In this document: piece by piece, positions 1 through 8,773 of the stretch
How the letters are laid out: the number at the start of each line of letters is the position of its first letter
Position numbering within the stretch: the first letter of the stretch is position 1
Source: Bacteroidales bacterium
Lineage (GTDB): Bacteria; Bacteroidota; Bacteroidia; Bacteroidales; VadinHA17
Reading direction: 5' to 3'
Length of the DNA: 64,000 nucleotides
Assembly: GCA_011620595.1 (NCBI GenBank)
Contig: WOYX01000038.1
Span: 2,774 to 66,773 of the forward strand
Program-made: the position numbers and the translations under genes
The notes under the pieces: generated by a model
The model's database searches: none
Told to the model about the DNA's origin: nothing
Seen by the model: the letters and a program-made list of their open reading frames with translations, nothing else

Positions 1-1599
1 ATTATATTCCCGGGTCAGATGGAGGATACTTCCAATATTGATTTCGGACAGTTCCCTCCATATTCTTTCCGGGAAGCCTGATTCTGTACCGATAACATAG
101 TTGTCGTTTTGCCTTACATACCTGGTAAACCTTACATCAGGATCTTCGATCACCGAGAGAGTAGGAGAGACTTTCCATACGATCTCCCATTTGGAATCGT
201 TGAGAGAGTGTTTTCCGTCAATCAAAAGGTTGGTGACCGAACGCTGACTGTACTCGAGGTTGTGCTGCATACCCTCGAAGATTGTTCCAAGGTCGGAGCT
301 CTTATAGTCAAACACTCCTGCTTTTGATTCACCGTTTTGCAGGTGCAATATGTTCAACCGGTATTTTGATCTCTTGGTCTTCAAGGCAAAACCTGCCAGT
401 CCGCTTACAAGGACATTACTCATGCCAACATCACCTTTCTGGAATTCACGCACCTCCATCTCGGTTATGACAGGATCGGCAGCCAGCCCGTACCTGCCAT
501 ACTCTGCATCTTTATAGAATTCCGTGCTGTTCTTATACGAAAAGCTGAAGGTATATCCGAGAGTTACTTTATTGAGTGGTTTCTGGTTGCCCAATGAGAC
601 ACCGAAACTGTAGTCCATGAAGCTCATCGTCTTCATAGCCGCCATGGTTGGATTAAAGGACCGGAGTATCTCCCTGTACCTCATGCTCAGCTCATCTTCA
701 GGGGGAAGAACCACCACTTCAGAATAAAACGGAATATTTTCAGTAGCCGGTATTCTTCTGGTTCCGTCATCAAATCCAAGAAAATCTGTTTTTCCTCCTT
801 CATAGGTAAGGAAGTCATTCCTGAAATGATAGTCAGGGTTATAGGCTCCGCTGATAAAGATATTCCCGGTTTTTTCCTCCGGGAAATCCTTTATGGCAAT
901 ATCCACCATACCTCCTGTGAAATCAGCAGGAAGATCAGCGCTGGCGGACTTGTGAATAATAATATTGTCAATGACACTTGTCGGAAAGATATCCATCTGG
1001 ATTGAATTCCTGTCGGGATCAAGTCCGGGCATATCAACTCCGTTAATGATTGTCTTTGTGTACCTGTCACCGAGTCCGCGCACATAAACATATTTTCCGC
1101 CTTCAACCGAAACTCCCGGAACTCTCTTTATGGATGAGGCAGCATCGGAGTCACCGATCTTCCTCAATCCGGCTGCGGAAATTCCATCCAGCAGTGTCGG
1201 GGATTTCCTTTTAATGGTCATTATGGCATTTTCAGTATTGCGCACCACATTGGCCGTGACCGTAACCTCCTCAAGGCCGACCGTTGTAGGCTTAAGTTGG
1301 ATATCATCCATTACCACTGTTTCTCCGTCTTCAATTGTGACATCACTTACAGTAAGTGTCTCGTATGAAACGAAGGAAAACTTCAGGTTATACTTACCGG
1401 CAGGAAGGGTAAGATTGAATTTACCATCAAGATCAGAGACCACCCCCAGGGTAGTACCCTCGGCAAATATTGTTACACCTATCATAGGCTCTCCGAGAGA
1501 GTTGTCAAAAATTGTTCCCCTGACAGTTCCCTTTTGAGCATATAACTGGCCGGATAACAATAGAACAATGACTGTTAGAATTACTTTAAATGGACGCAT
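1..1599 (-). CDS. TonB-dependent receptor, N-terminal 533 codons (3' end beyond window start)
   Basis: Minus-strand frame checked codon by codon: open from ATG at 1599 to position 1. It is absent from the ORF track because there is no stop in the window. Signal MRPFKVILTVIVLLLSGQLYAQ; CarboxypepD_reg-like GTVRGTIFDNSLGEPMIGVTI; plug region GKYVYVRGLGDRYTKTIINGVDMPGLDPDRNSIQMDIFP. Confidence 0.85.
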   Translation of the reverse strand, partial: MRPFKVILTVIVLLLSGQLYAQKGTVRGTIFDNSLGEPMIGVTIFAEGTTLGVVSDLDGKFNLTLPAGKYNLKFSFVSYETLTVSDVTIEDGETVVMDDIQLKPTTVGLEEVTVTANVVRNTENAIMTIKRKSPTLLDGISAAGLRKIGDSDAASSIKRVPGVSVEGGKYVYVRGLGDRYTKTIINGVDMPGLDPDRNSIQMDIFPTSVIDNIIIHKSASADLPADFTGGMVDIAIKDFPEEKTGNIFISGAYNPDYHFRNDFLTYEGGKTDFLGFDDGTRRIPATENIPFYSEVVVLPPEDELSMRYREILRSFNPTMAAMKTMSFMDYSFGVSLGNQKPLNKVTLGYTFSFSYKNSTEFYKDAEYGRYGLAADPVITEMEVREFQKGDVGMSNVLVSGLAGFALKTKRSKYRLNILHLQNGESKAGVFDYKSSDLGTIFEGMQHNLEYSQRSVTNLLIDGKHSLNDSKWEIVWKVSPTLSVIEDPDVRFTRYVRQNDNYVIGTESGFPERIWRELSEINIGSILHLTREYN

Positions 1600-1637
1600 G
1601 GTTGAAATTTAAAATTGTTGTTCTGTTTTAATGTTAA

Positions 1638-1668
1638 AACCCGCAGGCTTTGAAGCCTGCGAGTTTTT
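1638..1668 (-). terminator. Intrinsic-terminator-like hairpin between lipoprotein gene and TonB-dependent receptor gene
   Basis: CGCAGGCT (1642-1649) / AGCCTGCG (1654-1661) with a 4-nt loop. A-run and T-run flank it on both strands (minus strand reads ...GCCUGCGGGUUUUAAC). Confidence 0.55.
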
Positions 1669-1704
1669 GGGATTTTGCGATTTGTCAGTTATAAGTATTA
1701 TCAA

Positions 1705-3447
1705 TTAAAATGCGGCAGCTGCTGCAGCCCATGACCAGGTTTCAGTAAATACCGCGGTATTGGCACCTACCGTATTAGCACCTTCAGTTACGGCTGTAGC
1801 GTAAGCATCAGATCCTTTCAGGAAAATATCCTGCAGGGTGGCGGTGCCTGGTAACACAACCTCGAAGTGGTTGAAATCATAGGCATAGAACTTCGGAACG
1901 GCATCAAACGTCTGGTAGGGTGACGATGACTTGAGGTTGTAGAAGTAAATATTCATGAAATCGAGATATGAATCTTTACTGTCATTAGCATCATCAATGT
2001 CAACAAGGCCTTGTGCATTACCTGCTTTTACGGTTCCATTCATTATAATATGTTTGGCAGCTGGTGCAGATGAACCCTCGGGACCATCAAGCTCAAAACA
2101 TTTGTCAAATGGAGTAATGACGATGAAGTTGTCAAGTGTTCCTCCCCATGCCTGGTCAGTATCGATGGCATCGTCACCGGCATTCCATACTACAGCATTT
2201 TTTACATTCACCGTACCTCCGAACCACTCGATACCATCATCCTGGTTGGCTATTATTTCTACATTTTCAATAACAGTATTGTTACCCACGCCTCCAAGGG
2301 TCAGGCCGTTTATTTCATTTCCTTCACCGATGTTTGCTCCGCCGTGACGTATTGATACATATTTGATGACACCGGAATTGTCAGTGGGGTCTGTTCCACC
2401 GTACAGTCCGTTGGCATCAGACGGAGGAATACCTTCAATCTGTTTCGGGCTTACACTGGCAGCTATGGGGGCATTACCCAGTATCAGCAGTCCGCCCCAG
2501 AGTCCGTCGAGGTCCGGCGAAAGGTTCGGGCTGGTTACCTGGCCGGGAAGGATATTATCGGAAATGGAGGTGAAAATGATGGGAGATGTTTCAGTACCTT
2601 CAGCCATAAGTACACCGCCGCGGGCAATCAGAAGAGCCGTTGCGTTTGAACCTGTACCTGCACTTCCCTTTACAATTACACCCGGCTCAATTGTAAGTGT
2701 CACACCTGATAATACTGCAACACGCGTTTCGAGAATATAAATTTTCCCGGTTTCCCAGGTAGTGTTAGCCGATATATTCCCTGTAACCGAAATGCCTTTC
2801 TTAATATCAATAACGGCAGTTGCAGTTCCGACTTTATTATTGTTATCGGTGATTGTGATGGCAACTGAACCTGCCCCTGATTCCGTACCGGCTGTAAAGG
2901 TGACGACAACATTCCCTGATGTAGCGTTTGCAGCTGCATCTGTTTTAATAACAGCAGTACCGTTAGTGGGAACCAGGGTTGATGATTTGTATCCGCCTTC
3001 TGCAGTGAACGGGAAGGTAATATCTACCGAGTTCACCAGTATTGTGGATGAGTTACCGGGGGTGGTAACCATCGGAGCTCCCTTTTCGAACAGGGCAAGA
3101 ACAGCAGTATTCGAAGCAACCTGAGATTCAGTGTCAGTAACTGTAAGGGTCACTGATCCGGCACCAACCGTTGATCCTGCAGTAAAGGTAACTACAATCG
3201 TTCCGCTTGTAGCTCCGGCAGTACCGTCGGTTTTAATAGTAGCCGTGCCGCCGGTGGCAGTAACGGATGATTTTTCAAATCCGGCGTCAGCGGTGAAGGA
3301 GAAAGTAATATCAGTACTCTTTCCAACCTCCACATTCTGGCTTGACGGAACGGATATCGTCGGAATTTCATAATTCTTCTGGCAACCACTCAATATCGCG
3401 AGCGAAGCGATTACCGCAAAAAATAACTTTGTCTTAATTGTTTTCAT
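1705..3447 (-). CDS. Surface lipoprotein with two tandem ~96-aa N-terminal repeats and a C-terminal beta-helix-like domain
   Basis: 580-aa ORF. Lipobox LAILSGC. Gly/Asn/Thr-rich C-terminal half (GGVGNNTVIENVEIIANQDDGIEWFGGTVNVKNAVVWNAGDDAIDTD) resembles right-handed beta-helix proteins. Sits directly upstream of the TonB-dependent receptor on the same strand. Confidence 0.8.
   Translation of the reverse strand: MKTIKTKLFFAVIASLAILSGCQKNYEIPTISVPSSQNVEVGKSTDITFSFTADAGFEKSSVTATGGTATIKTDGTAGATSGTIVVTFTAGSTVGAGSVTLTVTDTESQVASNTAVLALFEKGAPMVTTPGNSSTILVNSVDITFPFTAEGGYKSSTLVPTNGTAVIKTDAAANATSGNVVVTFTAGTESGAGSVAITITDNNNKVGTATAVIDIKKGISVTGNISANTTWETGKIYILETRVAVLSGVTLTIEPGVIVKGSAGTGSNATALLIARGGVLMAEGTETSPIIFTSISDNILPGQVTSPNLSPDLDGLWGGLLILGNAPIAASVSPKQIEGIPPSDANGLYGGTDPTDNSGVIKYVSIRHGGANIGEGNEINGLTLGGVGNNTVIENVEIIANQDDGIEWFGGTVNVKNAVVWNAGDDAIDTDQAWGGTLDNFIVITPFDKCFELDGPEGSSAPAAKHIIMNGTVKAGNAQGLVDIDDANDSKDSYLDFMNIYFYNLKSSSPYQTFDAVPKFYAYDFNHFEVVLPGTATLQDIFLKGSDAYATAVTEGANTVGANTAVFTETWSWAAAAAAF
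2794..3351 (-). repeat. In-frame tandem duplication inside the lipoprotein gene (aa 33-122 vs 129-218)
   Basis: DITFSFTADAGFEKSSVTATGGTATIKTDGTAGATSGTIVVTFTAGSTVGAGSVTLTVTD aligns with DITFPFTAEGGYKSSTLVPTNGTAVIKTDAAANATSGNVVVTFTAGTESGAGSVAITITD at an offset of 96 aa. Confidence 0.8.
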
Positions 3448-3699
3448 AAATGTTTTATTTGGTTCGTATTATTAAGATTTTTTTGTTTCATAAATCACGG
3501 GACAAATCTAGATCAATAAAATCGCGGTCATGGTCAAAAACCGATTAAGAATTGATAACAAATCTGTTACAGGAATGTTACAGATGTGCAAGTAGATTTG
3601 TTTCCATATGATGATGGACTGCATCCGTCCGGCTAGATGTACATGGAGTGGGTCAGGCTTGCTCTGCCGGAGATATTGAAAATGGTTAAGGAGGAATAA

Positions 3700-3984
3700 C
3701 AATGGATATGGAATCGGCATATAAGGAGGCTTTGGCCTCTGGGCTTCCAACCCGGATCTCCCAAGAATCCTGAAAAACGGGGATCGCATGTATCGTTGCG
3801 TCATCCGGAGGCCTGCCGTATCTGCAAGGCCCTTATCGATCCGGACCTGGGAGAAACTGTCGTCATTCCTGATTTCAGGGAGCCCGACAATATCCGCCTG
3901 GAGATTACTCCCCTATGCACTACCTACACGGAGTTATTTATGGCTGTCAGGGAGATCAGGAGTGTCGTTGAAAATAAGCTCTTT
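3700..3984 (+). pseudogene. Kynureninase C-terminal fragment (gene remnant)
   Basis: Frame reads ...FQPGSPKNPEKRGSHVSLRHPEACRICKALIDPDLGETVVIPDFREPDNIRLEITPLCTTYTELFMAVREIRSVVENKL. This matches the conserved kynureninase C-terminus (RG.qlSl ... gvi.DfReP..iRf.ftPLYt.f.dvw.av). In-frame stops lie upstream at 3697-3699 and 3634-3636. There is no room for the ~350 N-terminal residues. Confidence 0.45.
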
Positions 3985-4226
3985 CTGAAATATTCTATCG
4001 AAAGAGAGCGAGTAACCTGGTCGGAGTATCCCTTGCACAGTAGTACCAGGAATCCCTGGTCAGCATTGAACTCCCTGGAGGAGTTAAGGTCAGATATCTT
4101 TGTCAGAGGTATTTTATTATCTTAGTTTCGAAATATTAAGCGCAACATGTAAAGAGTTAGTTTCGCTGCTATTATGAGCGGGAACTTTATCATTCCTGCG
4201 CACTGCAATGCTTCTGCCATTTATTG

Positions 4227-4234
4227 TAATTTTG
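4227..4234 (+). promoter_or_regulatory. Candidate Bacteroidota -7 box (TAATTTTG) for the YeeE/rhodanese genes
   Basis: Matches TAnnTTTG, 33 nt upstream of the ATG at 4267. No clear -33 TTTG. Confidence 0.35.
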
Positions 4235-4266
4235 CTATAACCTGTGAATAATAAGTAACCGAATAG

Positions 4267-4776
4267 ATGAAAAGGAATTACATGAATCCGTACCTGGCGG
4301 GGGTGCTGCTGGGATTGGTGCTGCTGTTGGCAATGGTAGTGGCCGGAAGGGGCCTCGGGGCAAGCGGAGGCATCAAATACTGCGTTGTCTCGGTTGTAGG
4401 GGCCATCAGCCCGGAACATGTCAGCCAGTCTGAATATTATTCGGGCTATTTTGAAAATGACAAGAAGCCTATCACCAACTGGCTGACAATTGAGATCTTC
4501 GGTTTAATTCTTGGGGGTTTCATCTCAGGTGCCCTGTCGGGAAGGCTGAAGCTTAAAGTGGAAAAGTCACCGCGGATCACCAATGCACGGCGACTTGCAT
4601 TTGCCTTCATGGGAGGCCTTCTCTTTGTCTATGGTGGCCAACTGGCAAGGGGATGCACCAGCGGTGCGGCTCTCTCGGGGATGGCCGTACTCTCACTGGC
4701 CGGGTTCGTGACCATGATCGCGATATTCGGTTCGGCATTCGCATTTGCATGGTTCTTCAGGAAGAACTGGATATGA
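4267..4776 (+). CDS. YeeE/YedE family sulfur-compound transporter half-protein
   Basis: 169 aa, polytopic. Motifs GRGLGASGG and ARGCTSGAALSG are typical of the Sulf_transp (YeeE/YedE) family. Confidence 0.85.
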   Translation: MKRNYMNPYLAGVLLGLVLLLAMVVAGRGLGASGGIKYCVVSVVGAISPEHVSQSEYYSGYFENDKKPITNWLTIEIFGLILGGFISGALSGRLKLKVEKSPRITNARRLAFAFMGGLLFVYGGQLARGCTSGAALSGMAVLSLAGFVTMIAIFGSAFAFAWFFRKNWI

Positions 4777-4818
4777 AGGGGGTCTGAAGGTCTGAGGTCT
4801 GAAGGCCGGGGTGAAGAA
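4774..4818. repeat. Short-period tandem repeat (GGTCTGA/GGTCTGAA units) starting in the stop codon of the first YeeE gene
   Basis: TGAAGGG GGTCTGAA GGTCTGA GGTCTGAA GGCCGGGG TGAAGAAG. Confidence 0.6.
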
Positions 4819-4877
4819 GAGCTTAAATATGACGTTCAGTAAGTAATTTGAAAACAATCATCTCTCAAAAAAAGAAA

Positions 4878-5483
4878 ATGGCACCATTATCATCATTATA
4901 TGAATTCCCCGAATGGCTGAACCTGATGACTGCCTTCATAATTGGCATTGGTTTTGGTTTCGCCCTTGAACAGGGGGGATTCTCCTCGAGCCGCAAGCTG
5001 GCAGGGATGTTCTACGGGTACGATGCCACCGTGCTGAAGGTATTCTTCACAGCAGCAATAGTTGCCCTGATAGGGGCACAGTTCCTTGGCTACTTCGGGC
5101 TGCTGAACCTGAACCAGGTCTATGTGAATGAGTTTTATGTAACCTCCTCAATCGTTGGCGGAGTGATAATGGGAGGGGGCTTTATCATGGGCGGCTTCTG
5201 CCCGGGAACGGGTCTCTGTGCCATGTCAATAGGCAAGATTGACGCAATGGTCTACATCCTGGGAGGCCTCGCAGGGGCCTTCCTGTTCGCAGAGACCTGG
5301 CCGCTGATAGAAAAGATGGCCACTGCCGGCTACAGGGGACCGGTTAAGATCAACGAGGCTCTGGGCATGTCAGCCGGCCTCTTTACCCTGATATTGGTTG
5401 CTGCTGCCGGGACAATGTTCTGGGTGGCCGAACTGGCCGAGAAGAGGTTTGCGAGACCTGATATCACCAATGAAATAAAGTGA
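4878..5483 (+). CDS. YeeE/YedE family sulfur-compound transporter half-protein (second)
   Basis: Start moved to the ATG (MAPLSSLYEF...). The ORF-track start at 4848 is TTG. Motifs FALEQGGFSSSRKL and GGFCPGTGLCA carry the conserved Cys. Confidence 0.85.
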   Translation: MAPLSSLYEFPEWLNLMTAFIIGIGFGFALEQGGFSSSRKLAGMFYGYDATVLKVFFTAAIVALIGAQFLGYFGLLNLNQVYVNEFYVTSSIVGGVIMGGGFIMGGFCPGTGLCAMSIGKIDAMVYILGGLAGAFLFAETWPLIEKMATAGYRGPVKINEALGMSAGLFTLILVAAAGTMFWVAELAEKRFARPDITNEIK

Positions 5484-5489
5484 TCTGCA

Positions 5490-6101
5490 ATGGGAACGAG
5501 GAAAAAAATTACAGTACTGCTTCTCCTGCTGAGTCTGATTCTGGCACTGCTTCCGCTGACTGCCAACCGTTCTTTCAGGGGCAGCCCTTCCGGGCTGCTT
5601 GATGAGGTACTGAGAGACGGAACTTCTTTTAGCTCAGACCAGGTGGCAGAATTTATCGTAAAGGAAACTCCTGATATTCAACTCTTCGACCTGAGACCTG
5701 CGGAAAAATACAGGGAGGCATTCATTCCCGGGGCGGTCAGTGTACCGTATGCTGATTTCATAGCATCCGACCCGGATATCTGGCTGCGCGACAGTACCAG
5801 GAGAATGATACTATATTCCGCTGATGACATTGAGTCTGCCGCGGCAATGGTATATGCCAGGGGGTTGGGCTATGACAACACCTATTTCCTCAAGGGGGGA
5901 ATAGATGAATGGGTGAAAACCGTCTCAGCCACGGAGTTTGAAGGGGAAAGAATTACAGCAAGGGAAAATGCACTACTTGAAACGAGAAGAAGGGCAGCGG
6001 ACATGTACAACGAACTGCGCAGCCTCCCTGACAGCCTGAAGACCAAATATCTTGAGTCGAAAAAATTTTCAGCACGTAAGCTTGACGGCGGTTGCCAGTA
6101 A
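5490..6101 (+). CDS. Membrane-anchored rhodanese-like protein, probably catalytically inactive
   Basis: N-terminal TM segment. Rhodanese fold (LFDLRPAEKYREAFIPGAVSVP ... FLKGGIDEW). The active-site loop reads YSADDIES, with Ser where the catalytic Cys is expected. Confidence 0.75.
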   Translation: MGTRKKITVLLLLLSLILALLPLTANRSFRGSPSGLLDEVLRDGTSFSSDQVAEFIVKETPDIQLFDLRPAEKYREAFIPGAVSVPYADFIASDPDIWLRDSTRRMILYSADDIESAAAMVYARGLGYDNTYFLKGGIDEWVKTVSATEFEGERITARENALLETRRRAADMYNELRSLPDSLKTKYLESKKFSARKLDGGCQ

Positions 6102-6112
6102 AAACCAGCAGT

Positions 6113-6526
6113 ATGAAAACGTTGAAACAATATAAATATGTCCTGGCTGCAGTCGTTGTGCTGGCAGCCCTTGCGGCGGTCCGTGCATTCAATCCGGGCA
6201 TATTCAGATATGATGCGGTAAGATGGGCTGAACCTTCGGTGAGAGGTGAAAACATGATCTCCCGTGATAAGCTCCCGACTATCGGGGGAGAGGTACTTTT
6301 TGTGATGCTTGATACTGACTGCCAGGTACCGGATTTGCCCGGTTCAGGCATACTGACAGCTGATCCTCAGGATCTGGCCTCAGGAGACTACATCGGTAAA
6401 ATCAGGAGAAACAAAGGCCCGGTGGTGCTTTGTTCCGAAGACTTGTCAATATCAGCCAGAGTATGGATGGTCCTCAGCGAGACCGGAATTAGAAATCTCT
6501 ACATCCTGAGAAAAGATCCGGCCTGA
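6113..6526 (+). CDS. Membrane-anchored rhodanese-like protein
   Basis: Start set at ATG 6113 (MKTLKQYKYVLAAVVVLAALAAV). Loop VVLCSEDLSISARVWMVL retains a Cys. Confidence 0.65.
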   Translation: MKTLKQYKYVLAAVVVLAALAAVRAFNPGIFRYDAVRWAEPSVRGENMISRDKLPTIGGEVLFVMLDTDCQVPDLPGSGILTADPQDLASGDYIGKIRRNKGPVVLCSEDLSISARVWMVLSETGIRNLYILRKDPA

Positions 6527-6647
6527 TTAACAGACCGGACCATTTTGTCAGCAGAGACTCTCATTAAAAATTTCTTCGGGTAAAGGTGCCGATTGAAGCC
6601 TGATCCGGAAATGCAGTCCCGGTAGACGCATCACCAATCCTGCAAAT

Positions 6648-7697
6648 CTACTTCTTTACCACCGGGAAATCGTTTGATTCCTCAAGAGTGAAAGGTAACC
6701 ATGAGAGGATGCTTCTCTCCTCTGTCATCTTGTTGTACATGAAGCTGTTGTTCCCGTATTTCAGAGTTCTGGCATCGTATCCGAAGAGTCTCAGGAATGC
6801 CGATGCAAATGCGGAGTTGTGGCCTGTGCCGCAGTAAACAACGGTGATTTTGTCAGTGGGTATTGTGGCCATCATATCGGGGAAGCCAAGTGTTGCTTCG
6901 GATTTGTACCGGACTGCTCCGGGAATATGTCCTGCATCATACTTGTCCTTACGCTCGAGGTTTATCACAAAGAACTCAGATGGATCAGCAAATACCTCAT
7001 CCACAGTGATAATAATATTTTCTGTTCCTTGCTCAAACAGCTTCCTGAACCGTGCGTCGCTTATCTCACTTCCGGTCTGAAGTCCTGTGCCGAGTACCGG
7101 CATGCCAGCAGGAGCCGGGGTCTCATTGGTTGAAACCTCCAGGCGATCTTCATATTTTGAGGATAATCCATGCATCCATCCGGTCCCGGCATACCTGTTA
7201 TTCCATCCTCCCATGCCCCAGCGCATAGCGAAGACATTTCCGTAGCCCATCATCCTGAGGAGTGAGGTGGTATAGCTTGATAACTGTCCGTCATCACAGA
7301 CCAGGATTATTCTGTCATATTCAAAAGGCTTTATCCCTTTCTCGAAATAATCCGGAAGCTCCCCGAACTGTTTGCTGACAGCACCCTCAATGTGACCGGC
7401 GGAATACTGGTTTGCAGCACGCAGATCAATAACCAGGTTGTTTTCTCCCAATTCTTCATAAACAATAGATGCCTTGATAAGACTTGGGAAGTACTGACTG
7501 TTGACATAGTCGCCCCTCTCTTCCAGGTCCTTCAGCAGCAGTATGGTTTCCTGGTCGATGACCGGCGTTGCGGTTTCACTTACGGCCGGGGCATCTTTTT
7601 TGTTCCCGGTTCCCTTGCCTGCACATGCTGCAACCATGAGAGAAACCAGAGTGACAGCAACAATGCCGATAAATAATCTGTTTTTCATATTTGACAT
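6648..7697 (-). CDS. Tandem-rhodanese sulfurtransferase lipoprotein
   Basis: Lipobox MVAACAG. Two rhodanese domains: first loop LVCDDGQLSS, second loop VVYCGTGHNSAFASAFL (classical CxxGxxS/R-type loop). Confidence 0.8.
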   Translation of the reverse strand: MSNMKNRLFIGIVAVTLVSLMVAACAGKGTGNKKDAPAVSETATPVIDQETILLLKDLEERGDYVNSQYFPSLIKASIVYEELGENNLVIDLRAANQYSAGHIEGAVSKQFGELPDYFEKGIKPFEYDRIILVCDDGQLSSYTTSLLRMMGYGNVFAMRWGMGGWNNRYAGTGWMHGLSSKYEDRLEVSTNETPAPAGMPVLGTGLQTGSEISDARFRKLFEQGTENIIITVDEVFADPSEFFVINLERKDKYDAGHIPGAVRYKSEATLGFPDMMATIPTDKITVVYCGTGHNSAFASAFLRLFGYDARTLKYGNNSFMYNKMTEERSILSWLPFTLEESNDFPVVKK

Positions 7698-7708
7698 GGT
7701 TCGTGGGT

Positions 7709-8773
7709 TTACCGGGCTACCGCTACCCGATCCTTATCAAACCTGAGGGTCTCGGTGCGGTTTCCCTTCTCGTCATAGTTGTACTGTGTGATAGCCACAC
7801 CGCTGTCAGGATGGTTGATGATATTGCGGTCCTTGTCCATATTCCTGACCTCAACCACTGCTCCATGCTTGTCATAGGAGTACTGAGTTACTGGAATCAT
7901 TTTCCCGGCCACATATTCATTGTCCTGGTCAAGCATGGCTGTTTCCTGAACATAGCCGTTTTCATCATAGGTGCTCACCCTGCGTGACCATCCCCAGTAG
8001 AGGTTTGACATCTGGCCTGTCGCGTTGTAGACTGAGAACATCAGCAGGTCGCCGTGCTCGTTTGATTCGAACTCGAAGTATGAAACTCCAATATCGCCGC
8101 AGTTTTCAGCTGTACAGTTGTAGAGTTTGTCATTCATGTAATTGGCCATTTCGGTTACATAGCCCTTGTCGTTGTAGCTAAACCTGAGTTCATAAAACGG
8201 GCAGAACGGGTTCATGATGGTCTCCTCCTTTGCCAGGTTATAGCGCTTTTCCTGAAGTTTGCCATCAGGGAGCATTCTCCAGACATAGTTATGTATTTTG
8301 TTTCGGTTCTCTACCGGGTTTCCGTCCCTGTCGAGGAACCTGAGGGCTATCCTGGTTCCCTGATCATCAAGTGTGTATTCATGGGTGAAGACTCCTCCTG
8401 ATTCCATGGGCTCGCCGTTCTTGTCAAAGAAGCGTTTGATCTGCAGGTTATCGATGTATTCGTAGGTGATTTTAGCGGCTCCGCCCAGTGATCCGTAGCT
8501 CAGCGGCTCGTCACCCCTGACATACTCCACGGAAACCGGCCGGCCGGCATCGTCATAGGTGAATTTGTAATTGTTGATCTCCTTTGCCTGTGCCGGGGTC
8601 AGCTCGTGTGAACCTCTTTCAGTATCCCACGGTGTTTCGCTGAAGAGGAGAGCCCTGTAATGAGCGGTACCGGTATTGGCTTCCTTTTTTGCAGGCGCCT
8701 GGTTGCAGGCTGTTACAGCAGCAACTGCCAGTGCTGCAATGACAATCATAAATTCCTTGCTTCTCGATTTCAT
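7709..8773 (-). CDS. Lipoprotein with YD-repeat-like units
   Basis: Lipobox AAVTACN. Repeated Y.YD..G motifs (FTYDDAGRPV, YEYIDNLQ, FSYNDKGYVT, STYDENGYVQ, YSYDKHGAVV, YNYDEKGNRT). Confidence 0.75.
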   Translation of the reverse strand: MKSRSKEFMIVIAALAVAAVTACNQAPAKKEANTGTAHYRALLFSETPWDTERGSHELTPAQAKEINNYKFTYDDAGRPVSVEYVRGDEPLSYGSLGGAAKITYEYIDNLQIKRFFDKNGEPMESGGVFTHEYTLDDQGTRIALRFLDRDGNPVENRNKIHNYVWRMLPDGKLQEKRYNLAKEETIMNPFCPFYELRFSYNDKGYVTEMANYMNDKLYNCTAENCGDIGVSYFEFESNEHGDLLMFSVYNATGQMSNLYWGWSRRVSTYDENGYVQETAMLDQDNEYVAGKMIPVTQYSYDKHGAVVEVRNMDKDRNIINHPDSGVAITQYNYDEKGNRTETLRFDKDRVAVAR

